From assembly GCA_022448585.1 (NCBI GenBank), contig JAKVCN010000009.1, forward strand, positions 13,426 through 77,425: a stretch of DNA of 64,000 nucleotides, read 5' to 3'. Origin of the DNA: Puniceicoccaceae bacterium. GTDB lineage: Bacteria > Verrucomicrobiota > Verrucomicrobiia > Opitutales > Coraliomargaritaceae. Below the pieces are notes generated by a model. It searched no databases and was not told where the DNA came from. It saw only the letters and a program-made list of their open reading frames with translations. Position numbers and translations under genes: made by a program. How positions within the stretch are numbered: the first letter of the stretch is position 1; each line of letters opens with the position of its first letter. Of the stretch, positions 49,298 through 60,377 are shown one piece after another.

Positions 49298-51526
49298 TTA
49301 AGTAGTTATCGCTGCTATGATTCCATCGATGGATTGCGCGCGCTTAATTTGTTCTCTGGTACGCTCGGACCGGCAGTTACGAGCGATATCTGCCAGCGTA
49401 GCTAAGTGCCCTTCATCATCACCAACAGGACTTAGTAAAAAGAAGACGAAGTCGATACCATCCTCTTGGCCCTGAACCTGTAAGCCTCGATTTAGCCTAG
49501 CGACAAAACACACTCTGGTTTCCAAGTCGTCGCAATGTGCATGAGGTATTGCTATACCGTGTCCTATAAAAGCAGGAAAAACTTTTTGCTGCGCATTTAA
49601 ATTTGTTAGTATGGACTCTTTGGATATACCATTGATTTTTTGACCTGCAAGATCCGTCAATTGAGCATACAGGTTTGGTATGGAATCAGAGTGAAGGGTT
49701 GTATATCCGCCGCTTTGTATAGCGCGCATTAAGAACCCTTTTGTGCGGCGAAGACATAGGACCTCTTCTTCTTCTTTGGCTATGTCTTTGAGTGCTGCGT
49801 CATTTGCAACTACTTTTAAGTTTCGTCCACGTCGTACAAAAAGCGGATGCCAATCCCCAGAGGGTAGTGTCTTATTATTTTTCCAATGAACGATCTTAAA
49901 ACTACTCTCGCCTTGTATTAGTTCAGTACCAATAACGGACGGTCGGGTAAGATCACCGAATACAGACTGACCAGTAATTTGATCTTCTGCGTGTGGACTG
50001 CCTTGAGGAATCCACCCATAGACTTTCTCATTGTCTAAAATTTCAGCCCACCTTTGCATTAGAATTTGATTAAATTCAACGTTATCTGTTAGCGCGATTA
50101 CGTAGCCTGTTCCAAAGAGTAAGGGTTCTTCTTCGTAGAGTTTTTCAGCCTGCATGCCATCACAATTTAGGGATATTAAACCGTCTCGCCTTGCTAATGA
50201 CACATTACGCGCATTCGTATCAAGTAATACGACTGATTGCTCCTCTTCACGCGTTAACTTTTTTGCTAGTTCACGAGCAAAGTGGTGTGCGCCTATAATC
50301 ACCCAGTCATTGGGTGCGGGGCGCTGAAGGCGGAGTAAGCGAGCGACCAATCCAGAAGACAATCCTTGGATGAGTACAGTCGCGCAAATAACCGAGTAGA
50401 CAAACGACTCAATTAAGGCTGGATACGTGCTATCTGGATTTTTATTTGCTAGTGATAGCGCAAATAAAGAAGCCATCGATGCGGCAACTACGCCACGAGG
50501 AGCGACGTAACTAAGTAGCACTCGCTCGCGAATCTTCAGCGGTGTACCCCAAGCAGAAGCAATCACACTTAACGGACGCACAAAAGCTATAACTGATAAT
50601 AAAACCCAGCCACCACCTAAGTTGAAAAAGTTTTCGAATTGATCGATTCTTAAGCGAGACACAAGAAGTAAAAATAGTAGGCCGATTAACAAATCGACAA
50701 TTTCTGCCTTAAACGCCTTGATTTCTCGAAGTTGCTTGGGTTTTTTAAGTCCTACGATAAGTCCTGCTACAGTGACCGCTAACAGTCCAGCTTCAGGGCG
50801 TATTAGCTCGGTTAAGCCAAAAATTAGCATCGCGCTAGCTAGCGAAAAGGCATTAACAATATTATCTGGTACCAAACTGCGATGCATCGCATAATAAATA
50901 GCATATCCACCTAATCCACCTATTGCCGCCCCACTTATAATTCGAATTAAGAAATTTGGTATGGCTACGGTGCCGCCTCCTTCAACGACCCATTCATAGC
51001 ATAAAATGGCTACAAATACACCGATTGAATCGATCAAAACTGCTTCCCAGTGTAAGATGCTTCCCAATCGTTGTTGAATACGAATTCGTCGCAGGAGTGG
51101 AACGATCACAGTAGGACCTGTGACGATTATAAGGCTACCCATAAGTAGCGCCATAGAAGGCGAGGTATCAAAAATGAAGAAAACTGTAAGTGCTGATCCA
51201 ATCCAAGTAATAAGCACGCCTACTGTTAGAAGACGACGTATTACTGTAGAGGTTTGATTAAAGCCTTTAAGATCAAGAGTTAGTCCACCCTCAAATAATA
51301 TAAGTGCTACTGCTAGCGAAACAACAGGAGGCAAAAAATCACCCAACGCATCTGCATTGAGAATGCCGAATCCCTCTGCTCCAAATACAAAACCACCTAT
51401 TAAAAGCATTACAATAGTAGGCAAGTGTAGACGCCGAGCTAGTACTGTTAAAAAACATCCAGCAGCGATAGCTAGACACAGTGCCCACAGTGCATTTTGA
51501 CTATCGAGTGAGGCAAAAAATAGCAT
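49298..51526 (-). CDS. CPA1 (NhaP-type) cation/proton antiporter fused to an RCK/TrkA-N-like domain and a C-terminal PTS EIIA(Ntr)-type domain
   Basis: About 400 aa with 12-13 TM helices and Na_H exchanger patterns, then a Rossmann-like WVIIGAHHFARELAKKL...VVLLD. The C-terminal ~150 aa have the EIIA-2 phospho-His motif GHGIAIPHAH and LLSP. Confidence 0.85.
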   Translation of the reverse strand: MLFFASLDSQNALWALCLAIAAGCFLTVLARRLHLPTIVMLLIGGFVFGAEGFGILNADALGDFLPPVVSLAVALILFEGGLTLDLKGFNQTSTVIRRLLTVGVLITWIGSALTVFFIFDTSPSMALLMGSLIIVTGPTVIVPLLRRIRIQQRLGSILHWEAVLIDSIGVFVAILCYEWVVEGGGTVAIPNFLIRIISGAAIGGLGGYAIYYAMHRSLVPDNIVNAFSLASAMLIFGLTELIRPEAGLLAVTVAGLIVGLKKPKQLREIKAFKAEIVDLLIGLLFLLLVSRLRIDQFENFFNLGGGWVLLSVIAFVRPLSVIASAWGTPLKIRERVLLSYVAPRGVVAASMASLFALSLANKNPDSTYPALIESFVYSVICATVLIQGLSSGLVARLLRLQRPAPNDWVIIGAHHFARELAKKLTREEEQSVVLLDTNARNVSLARRDGLISLNCDGMQAEKLYEEEPLLFGTGYVIALTDNVEFNQILMQRWAEILDNEKVYGWIPQGSPHAEDQITGQSVFGDLTRPSVIGTELIQGESSFKIVHWKNNKTLPSGDWHPLFVRRGRNLKVVANDAALKDIAKEEEEVLCLRRTKGFLMRAIQSGGYTTLHSDSIPNLYAQLTDLAGQKINGISKESILTNLNAQQKVFPAFIGHGIAIPHAHCDDLETRVCFVARLNRGLQVQGQEDGIDFVFFLLSPVGDDEGHLATLADIARNCRSERTREQIKRAQSIDGIIAAITT

Positions 51527-51574
51527 CTAACCTAGGGATAATTAATCAAAAGTGAACGCCAATTGCATATAAAA

Positions 51575-52363
51575 TTACTCTTCTAACTCGTGACACATGC
51601 CAAGCGCAGGGGACACCTCGCTTGTTTTACCAATAATTTCTGCAGGTACGCCTGCGACACTTGTATATGCAGGCACATCTTTGAGTACTACGCTACCAGC
51701 ACCGACCTTTGCACACTTACCAATTTCGACATTTCCAAGAATCTTTGCACCAGCTCCAAGTAAGACTCCAGAGCGTACTTTAGGGTGACGGTCACCCCGA
51801 TCTTTACCAGTCCCACCCAAAGTAACCTCATGTAAAATGGAGACATCATTTTCGATTACTGTAGTTTCGCCTGCGACAAAACCAGTGGCATGATCAAGGA
51901 GAATGCCGCAGGCAATTTTTGCTGCCGGATGTATATCCACAGCAAATGTCTGAGCTACAAGACTTTGCAGATAGAGCGCAAATTCGCGCCTATCATGCCG
52001 CCAAAGAAAGTGTGCTACTCGGTAACAGACTAAAGCTTGAAAGCCTTTAAAGTAAAGTAGGGGAGTCAGCACATCTGGGCATGCAGGATCACGATCACAT
52101 ACCGCCTGCATATCACAAGCAATTTGCCGTAATATATCGGGCTCTTCATCAAACGCTTCTAGGAATGTAGTGTGCAATAGTTCAACTGAGGCCGCATGAT
52201 TGGCGAGTTTACGAGTGCTTCGATAAGCAATGCAATCTGCAAAAGAACTTCGCTCTAGGACTGTTTCATTACACAGTACAGCTAATCCAGGTTCGCGCAC
52301 TGTGATTGCGACCGCCTGTTCACGCAACTTAGACCAGTACGTATCGATATTAACTGTATCCAT
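51575..52363 (-). CDS. cysE: Serine O-acetyltransferase
   Basis: N-terminal SATase helical domain followed by left-handed beta-helix hexapeptide repeats (GVLLGAGAKILGNVEIG, GAGSVVLKDVP). Confidence 0.9.
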   Translation of the reverse strand: MDTVNIDTYWSKLREQAVAITVREPGLAVLCNETVLERSSFADCIAYRSTRKLANHAASVELLHTTFLEAFDEEPDILRQIACDMQAVCDRDPACPDVLTPLLYFKGFQALVCYRVAHFLWRHDRREFALYLQSLVAQTFAVDIHPAAKIACGILLDHATGFVAGETTVIENDVSILHEVTLGGTGKDRGDRHPKVRSGVLLGAGAKILGNVEIGKCAKVGAGSVVLKDVPAYTSVAGVPAEIIGKTSEVSPALGMCHELEE

Positions 52364-52558
52364 AAATATACATTAACGCATGTAAAATTATTAACATATT
52401 ATATTGATGCGAGATCAAAGGTTCTTGCAAACCTAATACGATAATCTTTAATCATTATATAGATATAGTTTGTTTCTATCACCTATGGATTTTATAAGAA
52501 TTATAGTTACTACTATGATTTTAGTAGTAACAGAATTATTAATTAGTGATACAAAATT

Positions 52559-53464
52559 ATGAGTAAGGGATTACTTTTCTCCGGTCAAGGGGCACAAAAT
52601 GTAGGAATGGGGTATTCTTTATACGAAAACTCAGCCATCGCTCGAGATTTATACGATAAGGCAGAAGATATCCTAGGCTGGAACTTTAAAAGTGTTTGTT
52701 TTGATGGACCCGAATCTGCTCTTACCGAAACTAAAGCCTGCCAACCAGCTCTCTATGTACATGGCTATGCATCATTTTCGATACTTCGTGAATTTGGTCA
52801 GTTAGATGACTTAACTGCCGTATGCGGTCTTAGTCTTGGTGAATTAACTGCACTTGCAGCCGCTGAGGTCTTTGACTTTGAGACTGGCCTAAGTTTAGTA
52901 GCGGAGCGAGGTCGACTCATGCAAGAAGCCTGTGAGTTAACTGAAGGTGGAATGGCTGCTGTGATTGGAGGTACTGCCGAGGAAGTAGAAATATTCTGCG
53001 ATGAATTTGGAATCGAAATCGCTAATCTTAATTGTCCAGGACAAATCGTAATTTCTGGTAATAAACATCGAATTATCGAAGCAGTATCTGCATCAAAGGG
53101 GCGATTTAAGCTGTGTAAACCACTTAATGTAGCAGGCGCCTATCATAGCAAGCTTATGCAATCTGCTGGTGACGCATTTGCTGTATATATGAAAGATTTT
53201 GATTTTTATCCACCTAAGTATATTACCTACACTAATGTAACTGGAGGTCGTGTTGAATCTGGGCAGGCAATTAAGGATGCATTGATTAAGCAAATAGTTT
53301 CTACTGTCCGCTTTGAGGATTGTTTACGCAATGCTGTAAATGATAATTTATTGACTGAACTATTTGAATGTGGACCTGGTAAAGTACTTGCTGGCTTTGC
53401 AAAGCGCATTGATAAGACTCTAAAAGTTACGCCTTTTTCCGAGTTCGAAGATTTACCCTTGTGA
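52559..53464 (+). CDS. fabD: Malonyl-CoA:ACP transacylase
   Basis: LLFSGQGAQNVGMG, active-site GLSLGE, AGAYHS. Confidence 0.93.
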   Translation: MSKGLLFSGQGAQNVGMGYSLYENSAIARDLYDKAEDILGWNFKSVCFDGPESALTETKACQPALYVHGYASFSILREFGQLDDLTAVCGLSLGELTALAAAEVFDFETGLSLVAERGRLMQEACELTEGGMAAVIGGTAEEVEIFCDEFGIEIANLNCPGQIVISGNKHRIIEAVSASKGRFKLCKPLNVAGAYHSKLMQSAGDAFAVYMKDFDFYPPKYITYTNVTGGRVESGQAIKDALIKQIVSTVRFEDCLRNAVNDNLLTELFECGPGKVLAGFAKRIDKTLKVTPFSEFEDLPL

Positions 53465-53596
53465 GTATTCGTTAAGTGCTAATTAGTCTCGTAACTGCAC
53501 AGTTTTGGTCTACTTAGTATATAAGATTATACTCGATAGATCGGTTATTGATTTTTTCAACGGTGACGTGATGGTTATCTGTTTCGTATTTTTAGC

Positions 53597-55408
53597 ATGA
53601 CCGATCTAAATCACACTCGCAACTTTTGTATTATCGCACATGTCGATCATGGTAAAACGACTCTATCGGATCGTATTTTAGAGCTCACTCAGACCGTGGA
53701 GATGCGAGAAATGAAGGACCAACTCCTTGATTCAATGGATCTTGAGCGCGAACGAGGTATTACTATTAAAAGCCATCCTGTTTCTATGATTTACAAGGCG
53801 AAGGATGGGCAGGATTATACTTTTAATCTGATCGATACCCCTGGTCATGTAGATTTTTCATATGAAGTATCGCGGAGTCTTACTGCTTGTGAGGGTGCAA
53901 TGCTTCTAATTGATGCCGCTCAGGGAATCGAAGCACAAACAGTTGCTAATGCACAATTAGCAATTGAGCAAGGACTAGAGATTATACCTGTAATTAATAA
54001 GGTGGATCTGCCTGGCGCAGATATTCCCGCAATACAGAAACAGTTAGAAGATGTGCTAGCCATACCTGCAGAGGAAGCAGTTCTTACAAGTGGTAAAACC
54101 GGACTTGGCATCGATTATTTAATGGAGGCAGCAGTTACACGTATGCCCAAACCAAGATGGGCAGATACGAATGGCTTACGCGTGCTAATATTTGACTGTG
54201 TCTATGATGCGTACAAGGGAGTTATTTGCTATGTCCGTGTGTTCTCGGGAAGCGTGCAGCCATCCGATCAAATTCTAATGATGAGCGATGGTCGAAAATC
54301 CCAAGTAAAAGAGGTCGGAAAGTTTTCTCCGCAAATGAATAAGTTAGAAAAACTACAAGCAGGTGATGTTGGCTATATTGTAACTAATATTCGTGATGTA
54401 GCAGATATTAAGCTAGGTGACACTATCACCCATACTAACTCACCTGCAGATGAAATGCTTCCTGGGTATAAAGAGGTTAGTCCTATGGTATTTAGTGGTA
54501 TTTACCCTATAGATACCAGTGATTACAACAAGCTAAAAGCTTCTATGGGTAAATTACGTTTGAATGATGCTGCTTTTGTCTATCAGTCAGAAAACTCTGT
54601 AGCGCTGGGCTTTGGCTTTCGCTGTGGTTTCTTAGGCTTGCTGCACATGGAAATAATTCAAGAGCGAATACGACGTGAATATGACCTAGATGTTATTTCC
54701 ACCTATCCTAGTGTGGTTTATAATGTAACGAAAGCTGGTGGAGAAATGATTGAAGTTCACAACCCAGTTTATCTGCCAGATCCCGCAGAAATAGAGTCGA
54801 TTGCAGAACCTATGATCAAGACCTCTATTCACATTCCTAGCACATCTATAGGCGATGTACTTGCTTTGATGAGTGAAAAGCGTGGTATATGTGAACAGAC
54901 TGAAACCATAGATGATATGCGCGTAATGCTGGTATGTCGTCTCCCACTTAATGAAATATTGGTAGACTTTAATGATCGATTAAAAAGCGTGACGCATGGC
55001 TATGGCTCTATGGATTATGAAATGGATGGATACGACTTAGGTAAATTATGCCGCTTGGATTTACTCGTTAATCAAGAGCAAATCGACGCGTTTTCATCTA
55101 TTGTTCATGTCGATAAGGCCGAAAGTAGGGGAAGAGCCCTATGCCGACGCTTAAAGGAAATATTACCGCGTCAGATGTTTAAGATCGCGATTCAAGCTGC
55201 AGTAGGCGGTAGAGTGGTGGCTCGAGAAACAATTAGTGCGTATCGTAAAGACGTTACTGCGAAGTGTTATGGTGGAGATATCTCGCGTAAACGTAAACTT
55301 CTTGAGAAACAAAAAGAGGGTAAGAAACGCATGAAAAACATTGGCAGTGTGTCCATTCCCCAAGATGCGTTTATCAAAATTCTAAAGACCTCGGATGGGA
55401 GTGGTTGA
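53597..55408 (+). CDS. lepA: Translation elongation factor 4 (LepA)
   Basis: G-domain AHVDHGKTT, DTPGHVDF and NKVD, plus the LepA-specific C-terminal domain (KRKLLEKQKEGKKRMK). Confidence 0.96.
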   Translation: MTDLNHTRNFCIIAHVDHGKTTLSDRILELTQTVEMREMKDQLLDSMDLERERGITIKSHPVSMIYKAKDGQDYTFNLIDTPGHVDFSYEVSRSLTACEGAMLLIDAAQGIEAQTVANAQLAIEQGLEIIPVINKVDLPGADIPAIQKQLEDVLAIPAEEAVLTSGKTGLGIDYLMEAAVTRMPKPRWADTNGLRVLIFDCVYDAYKGVICYVRVFSGSVQPSDQILMMSDGRKSQVKEVGKFSPQMNKLEKLQAGDVGYIVTNIRDVADIKLGDTITHTNSPADEMLPGYKEVSPMVFSGIYPIDTSDYNKLKASMGKLRLNDAAFVYQSENSVALGFGFRCGFLGLLHMEIIQERIRREYDLDVISTYPSVVYNVTKAGGEMIEVHNPVYLPDPAEIESIAEPMIKTSIHIPSTSIGDVLALMSEKRGICEQTETIDDMRVMLVCRLPLNEILVDFNDRLKSVTHGYGSMDYEMDGYDLGKLCRLDLLVNQEQIDAFSSIVHVDKAESRGRALCRRLKEILPRQMFKIAIQAAVGGRVVARETISAYRKDVTAKCYGGDISRKRKLLEKQKEGKKRMKNIGSVSIPQDAFIKILKTSDGSG

Positions 55409-55501
55409 GCACATCATATGTAGTTGATTACGAATAAATGAAACTCGCATTTTTAGAGCATTTCCACATATTCATATATTAAACACTCAAGTTATAATCT
55501 C

Positions 55502-56728
55502 ATGAAGAATCGACGTAAAAAAGCTAAGGAATTACTACAAGCTGCCCACAGAGTTAGTAACTATCGTCGTGATATTATCGATCCAAAGCAATTCTCTGTA
55601 CTGAAAGCTTTGGTTAAAGAGGTAGAAGTTTTATTAAATGATAAGCAAATAGATCATGCAGTTTTTGATCCTATGCTCGATCGGTTGGATGAATTACTAC
55701 GCAAAGTGGGTGGTAAAATTTACCCGAAAACTTTTTTAAGTGATAATATAGAAGTCATATTAGTTGCAGCAATCATAGTAATTGGCATTCGGTCGTTCTT
55801 TTTTCAGCCATTTATAATACCAACGAATTCTATGTATCCAACCTATAGTGGAATGAACTCGATAGTTTATAATGAGGAGACATCGCCTAGTAGATTGTCT
55901 AGAATATTAAACAAACTCACACTAGGAACGCGTCACTATAGAGTAATCGCTAACTACAGCGGAGAAATTGAACTACTAGTTGCGCAAACTAGTGAGGGTG
56001 GACTGGTTGCTTATTACGAGGTAGTTAATGGGCGAAAGTGGTTTGGCATCATGCCCGCGCGTCTTAAAGAGTATACATTTTTAGTTGATCAAAAGCCACA
56101 TACATTACGTATACCATTAGAATTCAGCCTCGAAGAAACATTAGAAAATAGCTTACTAAAGAATTTGAATCCTAAAAATATTCGTAACATTGGTAATGGC
56201 CTATTTGCGGTGAGTTTTGGTCAGCAAGCAAATAAAGGTGATGTTTTATTAGAGTTTGCTATAATGTCAGGGGATGCTTTGTTTGTGGATCGATTATCCT
56301 ATCATTTTGTTAAACCGAGTGTTGGAGATCCTTTTGTATTCCGCACCAATGATATACTGGATTCAGTTGGAAGAGCTACAGGTGATTATACTCCAAAGTA
56401 TTATATTAAAAGAATCGGAGGTATCGAATACGAGGAAATCGAGATTATTAATGGCTCATTACATGTTAACAAAACACCACGCACAGAGGTGGAAGCTTTT
56501 CTGAGTAATTCTAAGCAAGTAGGTGAATACACTGGATATATTAACGAACGATTGTTAGCGAAGGGTCGCAGTATGATAGTACCCGAAAATAACTACGTAG
56601 CATTAGGTGATAATTCAGCAAACTCAGCAGACAGTCGTTATTGGGGATTTGTTCCAGATCAAGCCGTAATAGGTAAAGCGGTTTTTATCTATTATCCCTT
56701 CACAAAGCGTTGGGGTTTAGCTAATTAG
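55502..56728 (+). CDS. lepB: Signal peptidase I (S26), long form
   Basis: Catalytic Ser box IPTNSMYPT, Lys box YIKRIGG and box E GDNSANSADSRYWGFVP. An ~80 aa cytoplasmic N-extension and a large insertion lie between the boxes. Sits downstream of lepA. Confidence 0.85.
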   Translation: MKNRRKKAKELLQAAHRVSNYRRDIIDPKQFSVLKALVKEVEVLLNDKQIDHAVFDPMLDRLDELLRKVGGKIYPKTFLSDNIEVILVAAIIVIGIRSFFFQPFIIPTNSMYPTYSGMNSIVYNEETSPSRLSRILNKLTLGTRHYRVIANYSGEIELLVAQTSEGGLVAYYEVVNGRKWFGIMPARLKEYTFLVDQKPHTLRIPLEFSLEETLENSLLKNLNPKNIRNIGNGLFAVSFGQQANKGDVLLEFAIMSGDALFVDRLSYHFVKPSVGDPFVFRTNDILDSVGRATGDYTPKYYIKRIGGIEYEEIEIINGSLHVNKTPRTEVEAFLSNSKQVGEYTGYINERLLAKGRSMIVPENNYVALGDNSANSADSRYWGFVPDQAVIGKAVFIYYPFTKRWGLAN

Positions 56729-56862
56729 CATATTTCAGACTTTATAATTAGCGCACAATATATATTATGTCTAATTATAATTGTTATACTACCCTATGTT
56801 AGAAAACTATTCATCAATTATTTACGTCTACAGAAATATAGAAACTCAAGGATCGTAATCAT

Positions 56863-58392
56863 ATGTCTGATGAAACATTATATAATTGGTTGCATACAAG
56901 GTCCGCTGGCTTGCAGTTGCCTATTTCTTCATTACCCTCAACTACTGGAGTTGGTAATTTAGGTTCTAGTGCTTATCGCTTTGTAGATTTTTTGAAGTCA
57001 AGCGGTATGCGTGTTTGGCAAATATGTCCGCTTGGCCCTACAGGATTCGGGGACTCCCCTTATCAATGTTTTTCTGCATTTGCTGGTAATCCATACTTTA
57101 TAGATCTCGATCCACTCGAATCTGAAGGACTAATTTTGAGCAATGAAAGAAAAACTCTTCAAAATTTGTCCAATAAGTTTGTAGATTATGGATCGATTTA
57201 CAGATCATTTTGGCGAATTCTAACAATTGCGTATAAGAGATTTTTAGCCTCAGGAAAAGATAGTGTAAGCGCTTACGGAAGCATTCAACATTTTCGCGAG
57301 CAACAATCTTTTTGGTTGGAAGATTACTCCTTATTCATGGCTTTAAAAAGTCAATATAATGGATCTTGCTGGACGGATTGGCCTACCAAGTATCGCAATT
57401 ATATTACTGCCCATAAACAAGAGCGTACGCAGGAACTAGATGATGCAATCGATGCTCAAGTATTTTATCAGTACCTATTTTATGCACAATTTGACCGATT
57501 ACATAGATACTGTGATTTAAATGGAATTAAAATCATGGGCGACGTACCTATTTTCGTATCTCTTGATAGCGCGGATGCTTGGTCCCATCGTGAGCTCTTT
57601 CAACTCAAGAAAAATGGTGAGCCAATAGCAGTAGCCGGCGTACCACCCGATTACTTTTCTGCAGATGGTCAACTTTGGGGTAACCCGTTGTACAATTGGA
57701 ATTCACACATCAATAGTGACTTTTCTTGGTGGTTGGAGCGCATTGGTAATAATCTAAGCTTTTACGATATTTTGCGTCTCGACCATTTTCGTGGTTTTGA
57801 GTCTTGTTGGTCTGTTTCAGCAAAAGAGTCTACCGCCCGTAATGGATGCTGGAAAAAAAGCCCAGGTTTAGAGTTATTCAGAGCGATACATTCGAAATTT
57901 CCGAATGCTCAAATAATTGCAGAAAATCTTGGCGTTATCACAGATGCGGTCCAATCACTACATTCAGCAACTGGATTTCCTGGTATGGCAGTCTTGCAAT
58001 TTGCATTCGATAAGGACTCCACGAATCGATATTTACCGCATAATCACATTATCAACAGTGTAGTGTATACAGGTACACATGATAACGATACAACGGTTGG
58101 ATGGTTTTCTAGTCTAGACGAATCAACTAAAAATTATGTATGTAATTATTTAAAGGTTACTGGAGAGGCAATCGCTTCAGATTTAGTTCGCTGTGCACTC
58201 TCCTCGGTAGCTAGATTAGCCATTGTCCCTGTACAGGATATTTTGAGTTTAGGCACGCAGGCGAGAATCAATACACCTGGAGCAGCTAGCGGGAATTGGC
58301 AATGGCGTATCACAAATACCCAATTAGAAGAGTTACAATCAGAAAGTGCACAATATTTACAGGAGCTTAATAAATGTAACCGTCGTATTTAA
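56863..58392 (+). CDS. malQ: 4-alpha-glucanotransferase (GH77 amylomaltase)
   Basis: GDSPYQCFSAFAGNP, LRLDHFRGF, GTHDNDT motifs. Confidence 0.92.
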   Translation: MSDETLYNWLHTRSAGLQLPISSLPSTTGVGNLGSSAYRFVDFLKSSGMRVWQICPLGPTGFGDSPYQCFSAFAGNPYFIDLDPLESEGLILSNERKTLQNLSNKFVDYGSIYRSFWRILTIAYKRFLASGKDSVSAYGSIQHFREQQSFWLEDYSLFMALKSQYNGSCWTDWPTKYRNYITAHKQERTQELDDAIDAQVFYQYLFYAQFDRLHRYCDLNGIKIMGDVPIFVSLDSADAWSHRELFQLKKNGEPIAVAGVPPDYFSADGQLWGNPLYNWNSHINSDFSWWLERIGNNLSFYDILRLDHFRGFESCWSVSAKESTARNGCWKKSPGLELFRAIHSKFPNAQIIAENLGVITDAVQSLHSATGFPGMAVLQFAFDKDSTNRYLPHNHIINSVVYTGTHDNDTTVGWFSSLDESTKNYVCNYLKVTGEAIASDLVRCALSSVARLAIVPVQDILSLGTQARINTPGAASGNWQWRITNTQLEELQSESAQYLQELNKCNRRI

Positions 58393-58406
58393 AGCCCCAC
58401 CCTATT

Positions 58407-58808
58407 CTAGTTGATCCATCCTATTACGAAAAGAATAGACCAGCAGATAGTACGGTACCAATTCGTGTCTACCAATTTTTTAAGTACAAAAGAGCTGGCT
58501 CTATTTCCACTGATCTTACGATGCAAGGGAATCGATACAAAATAGGTTAGTATCCATGTAGCAGTCACAATACAACCAGACAGTATATGTAAGGCACTTG
58601 TTTCTTTGACTATTTGCATGCTAACAATGGTTGTTTGAAGTAGAATTAATGGACCAGCTATCCACGCCATGCGTTCTGTGTACTTAGCATGCCACTGTAT
58701 TAGCTGGTCAGTAGACATGAACTGAAAAGACGGATAAATAGTCAGTTGTACTATCCAAATAAGAATGAGCAGGCTGCAGTCCGATAGATTACGAGCTAGT
58801 TCTAGCAT
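58407..58808 (-). CDS. Hypothetical 4-TM membrane protein
   Basis: 133 aa with four hydrophobic segments. No diagnostic motif. Confidence 0.5.
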   Translation of the reverse strand: MLELARNLSDCSLLILIWIVQLTIYPSFQFMSTDQLIQWHAKYTERMAWIAGPLILLQTTIVSMQIVKETSALHILSGCIVTATWILTYFVSIPLHRKISGNRASSFVLKKLVDTNWYRTICWSILFVIGWIN

Positions 58809-58821
58809 CTAGGAGTTAACT

Positions 58822-59835
58822 TTAATTTATGAGTTCCTTAGTATGCAATAATTCAGCAATCTGTATCGCATTAAGGGCAGCACCCTTCCATAATTGATCC
58901 CCTGTTACCCATATAGCTAATCCATTATTAAAGACTCGGTCTTTACGAATGCGCCCTATCGCACATGGGACTTTTTCAGAATAATTAAGTGGCATGGGGT
59001 ATTTTAGGTTATCTGGGTCATCGACTAATTCTACTCCCTGGAAAGATTGAATGCTAGAATGCGCAGATTGAAGGCTCACCGGTCGTTCAAATTCGGCGCT
59101 TATCGAAATGCAGTGTGCACGAAAGACAGGAACACGTACGCAGGTGCAAGATACAAGCAAGTCATCAATCCCCATTATTTTTTTACTTTCGTGAAGCATC
59201 TTCATCTCTTCGCGCGTGTATCCATCTTCTTCAAAACTATCTACGTGTGGAATGAGATTGAAGGCAATTTGGTGCGGGTATACTTCACTCTTTAATGACC
59301 TACCATCGGACCACGCCTTGATCTGTGTCTCTAATTCTTTTAAGCCAGCTGCTCCACTACCCGACACAGCTTGATAGGTTGATGCGATGAAACGTTTTAA
59401 GCCAAATGCTTGGTGCAATGGATATAATCCCATAAGGGCGATTGCCGTGGAGCAGTTAGGATTAGCAATGATACCTTTATGATCATTAATAGCATCTGGA
59501 TTGACCTCAGGTATAATAAGTGGGACGGATGGATTCATCCGAAATGCCGATGAATTATCGATAACAATACAACTGCTTTTTGATGCTGCTTCTGCGAACT
59601 GTAAGGATTGAGCAGCTCCAGCACTGAAAATGCATATATCTATGTCTGAAAAGCATTCTTCGGTAGCCTCCTGAATGATCCATGAATTACCAGCATAATT
59701 ATGGATTTTGCCTGCTGAATTAGCAGAAGCAAGTAGATGCAACTCACTAAACGGAAAATTACGATCGTGGAGTAAACGAATGATTTCTTGACCGACCGCA
59801 CCAGTCGCACCGAGTATGCCTACCTTATATGCCAT
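58822..59835 (-). CDS. asd: Aspartate-semialdehyde dehydrogenase
   Basis: GATGAVGQE NAD(P) motif, active-site ANPNCST, and QAVSGSG. Confidence 0.93.
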   Translation of the reverse strand: MAYKVGILGATGAVGQEIIRLLHDRNFPFSELHLLASANSAGKIHNYAGNSWIIQEATEECFSDIDICIFSAGAAQSLQFAEAASKSSCIVIDNSSAFRMNPSVPLIIPEVNPDAINDHKGIIANPNCSTAIALMGLYPLHQAFGLKRFIASTYQAVSGSGAAGLKELETQIKAWSDGRSLKSEVYPHQIAFNLIPHVDSFEEDGYTREEMKMLHESKKIMGIDDLLVSCTCVRVPVFRAHCISISAEFERPVSLQSAHSSIQSFQGVELVDDPDNLKYPMPLNYSEKVPCAIGRIRKDRVFNNGLAIWVTGDQLWKGAALNAIQIAELLHTKELIN

Positions 59836-59876
59836 TTAATTTAAAAGTGGAATACGAGCGTGTAAAACAAAGCTGC

Positions 59877-60377
59877 ATGGCATTGTCAATCTTGCCGACT
59901 ACCCATGTACTAGTTGTTTCAATAAAATCGCAACGCCTTTATCTTCTTATTAATGGAAAACTTTCACAAGAATACACAGTTTCTACTTCAAAAAATCCCA
60001 GTAGTTGTGTCGCTAATTCCTATGGAACGCCGACTGGATTACATGCAATTGCTACTATGATTGGTTCGGAGGAACCAAGTGGAATGGTTTTTGAAGGGCG
60101 AGTCCCAAAGAAACATTTTACCAAATTAACAATACAACAGCAGCAAAGTAATCTGATTACTAGTCGCATTATTCGTCTACGTGGCTTAGAACATGGGGTA
60201 AATTTAGGTGATGGGTATGATACTTATAAACGTTACATATACATACATGGAACGAACCATGAAGAACGAATAGGTAGTCGATTTAGTGGTGGGTGCATAG
60301 AGATGAGAAACTTTGATATCATTGAGTTATTCAAGCAAGTTAGTGAGAAACATTTAGTTTGGATAACGACTAATTAA
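59877..60377 (+). CDS. L,D-transpeptidase (YkuD) domain protein
   Basis: Catalytic motif IHGTNHEERIGSRFSGGCIEM (His ... Cys). The start was moved to ATG 59877 to avoid overlap with the divergent asd. Confidence 0.8.
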   Translation: MALSILPTTHVLVVSIKSQRLYLLINGKLSQEYTVSTSKNPSSCVANSYGTPTGLHAIATMIGSEEPSGMVFEGRVPKKHFTKLTIQQQQSNLITSRIIRLRGLEHGVNLGDGYDTYKRYIYIHGTNHEERIGSRFSGGCIEMRNFDIIELFKQVSEKHLVWITTN

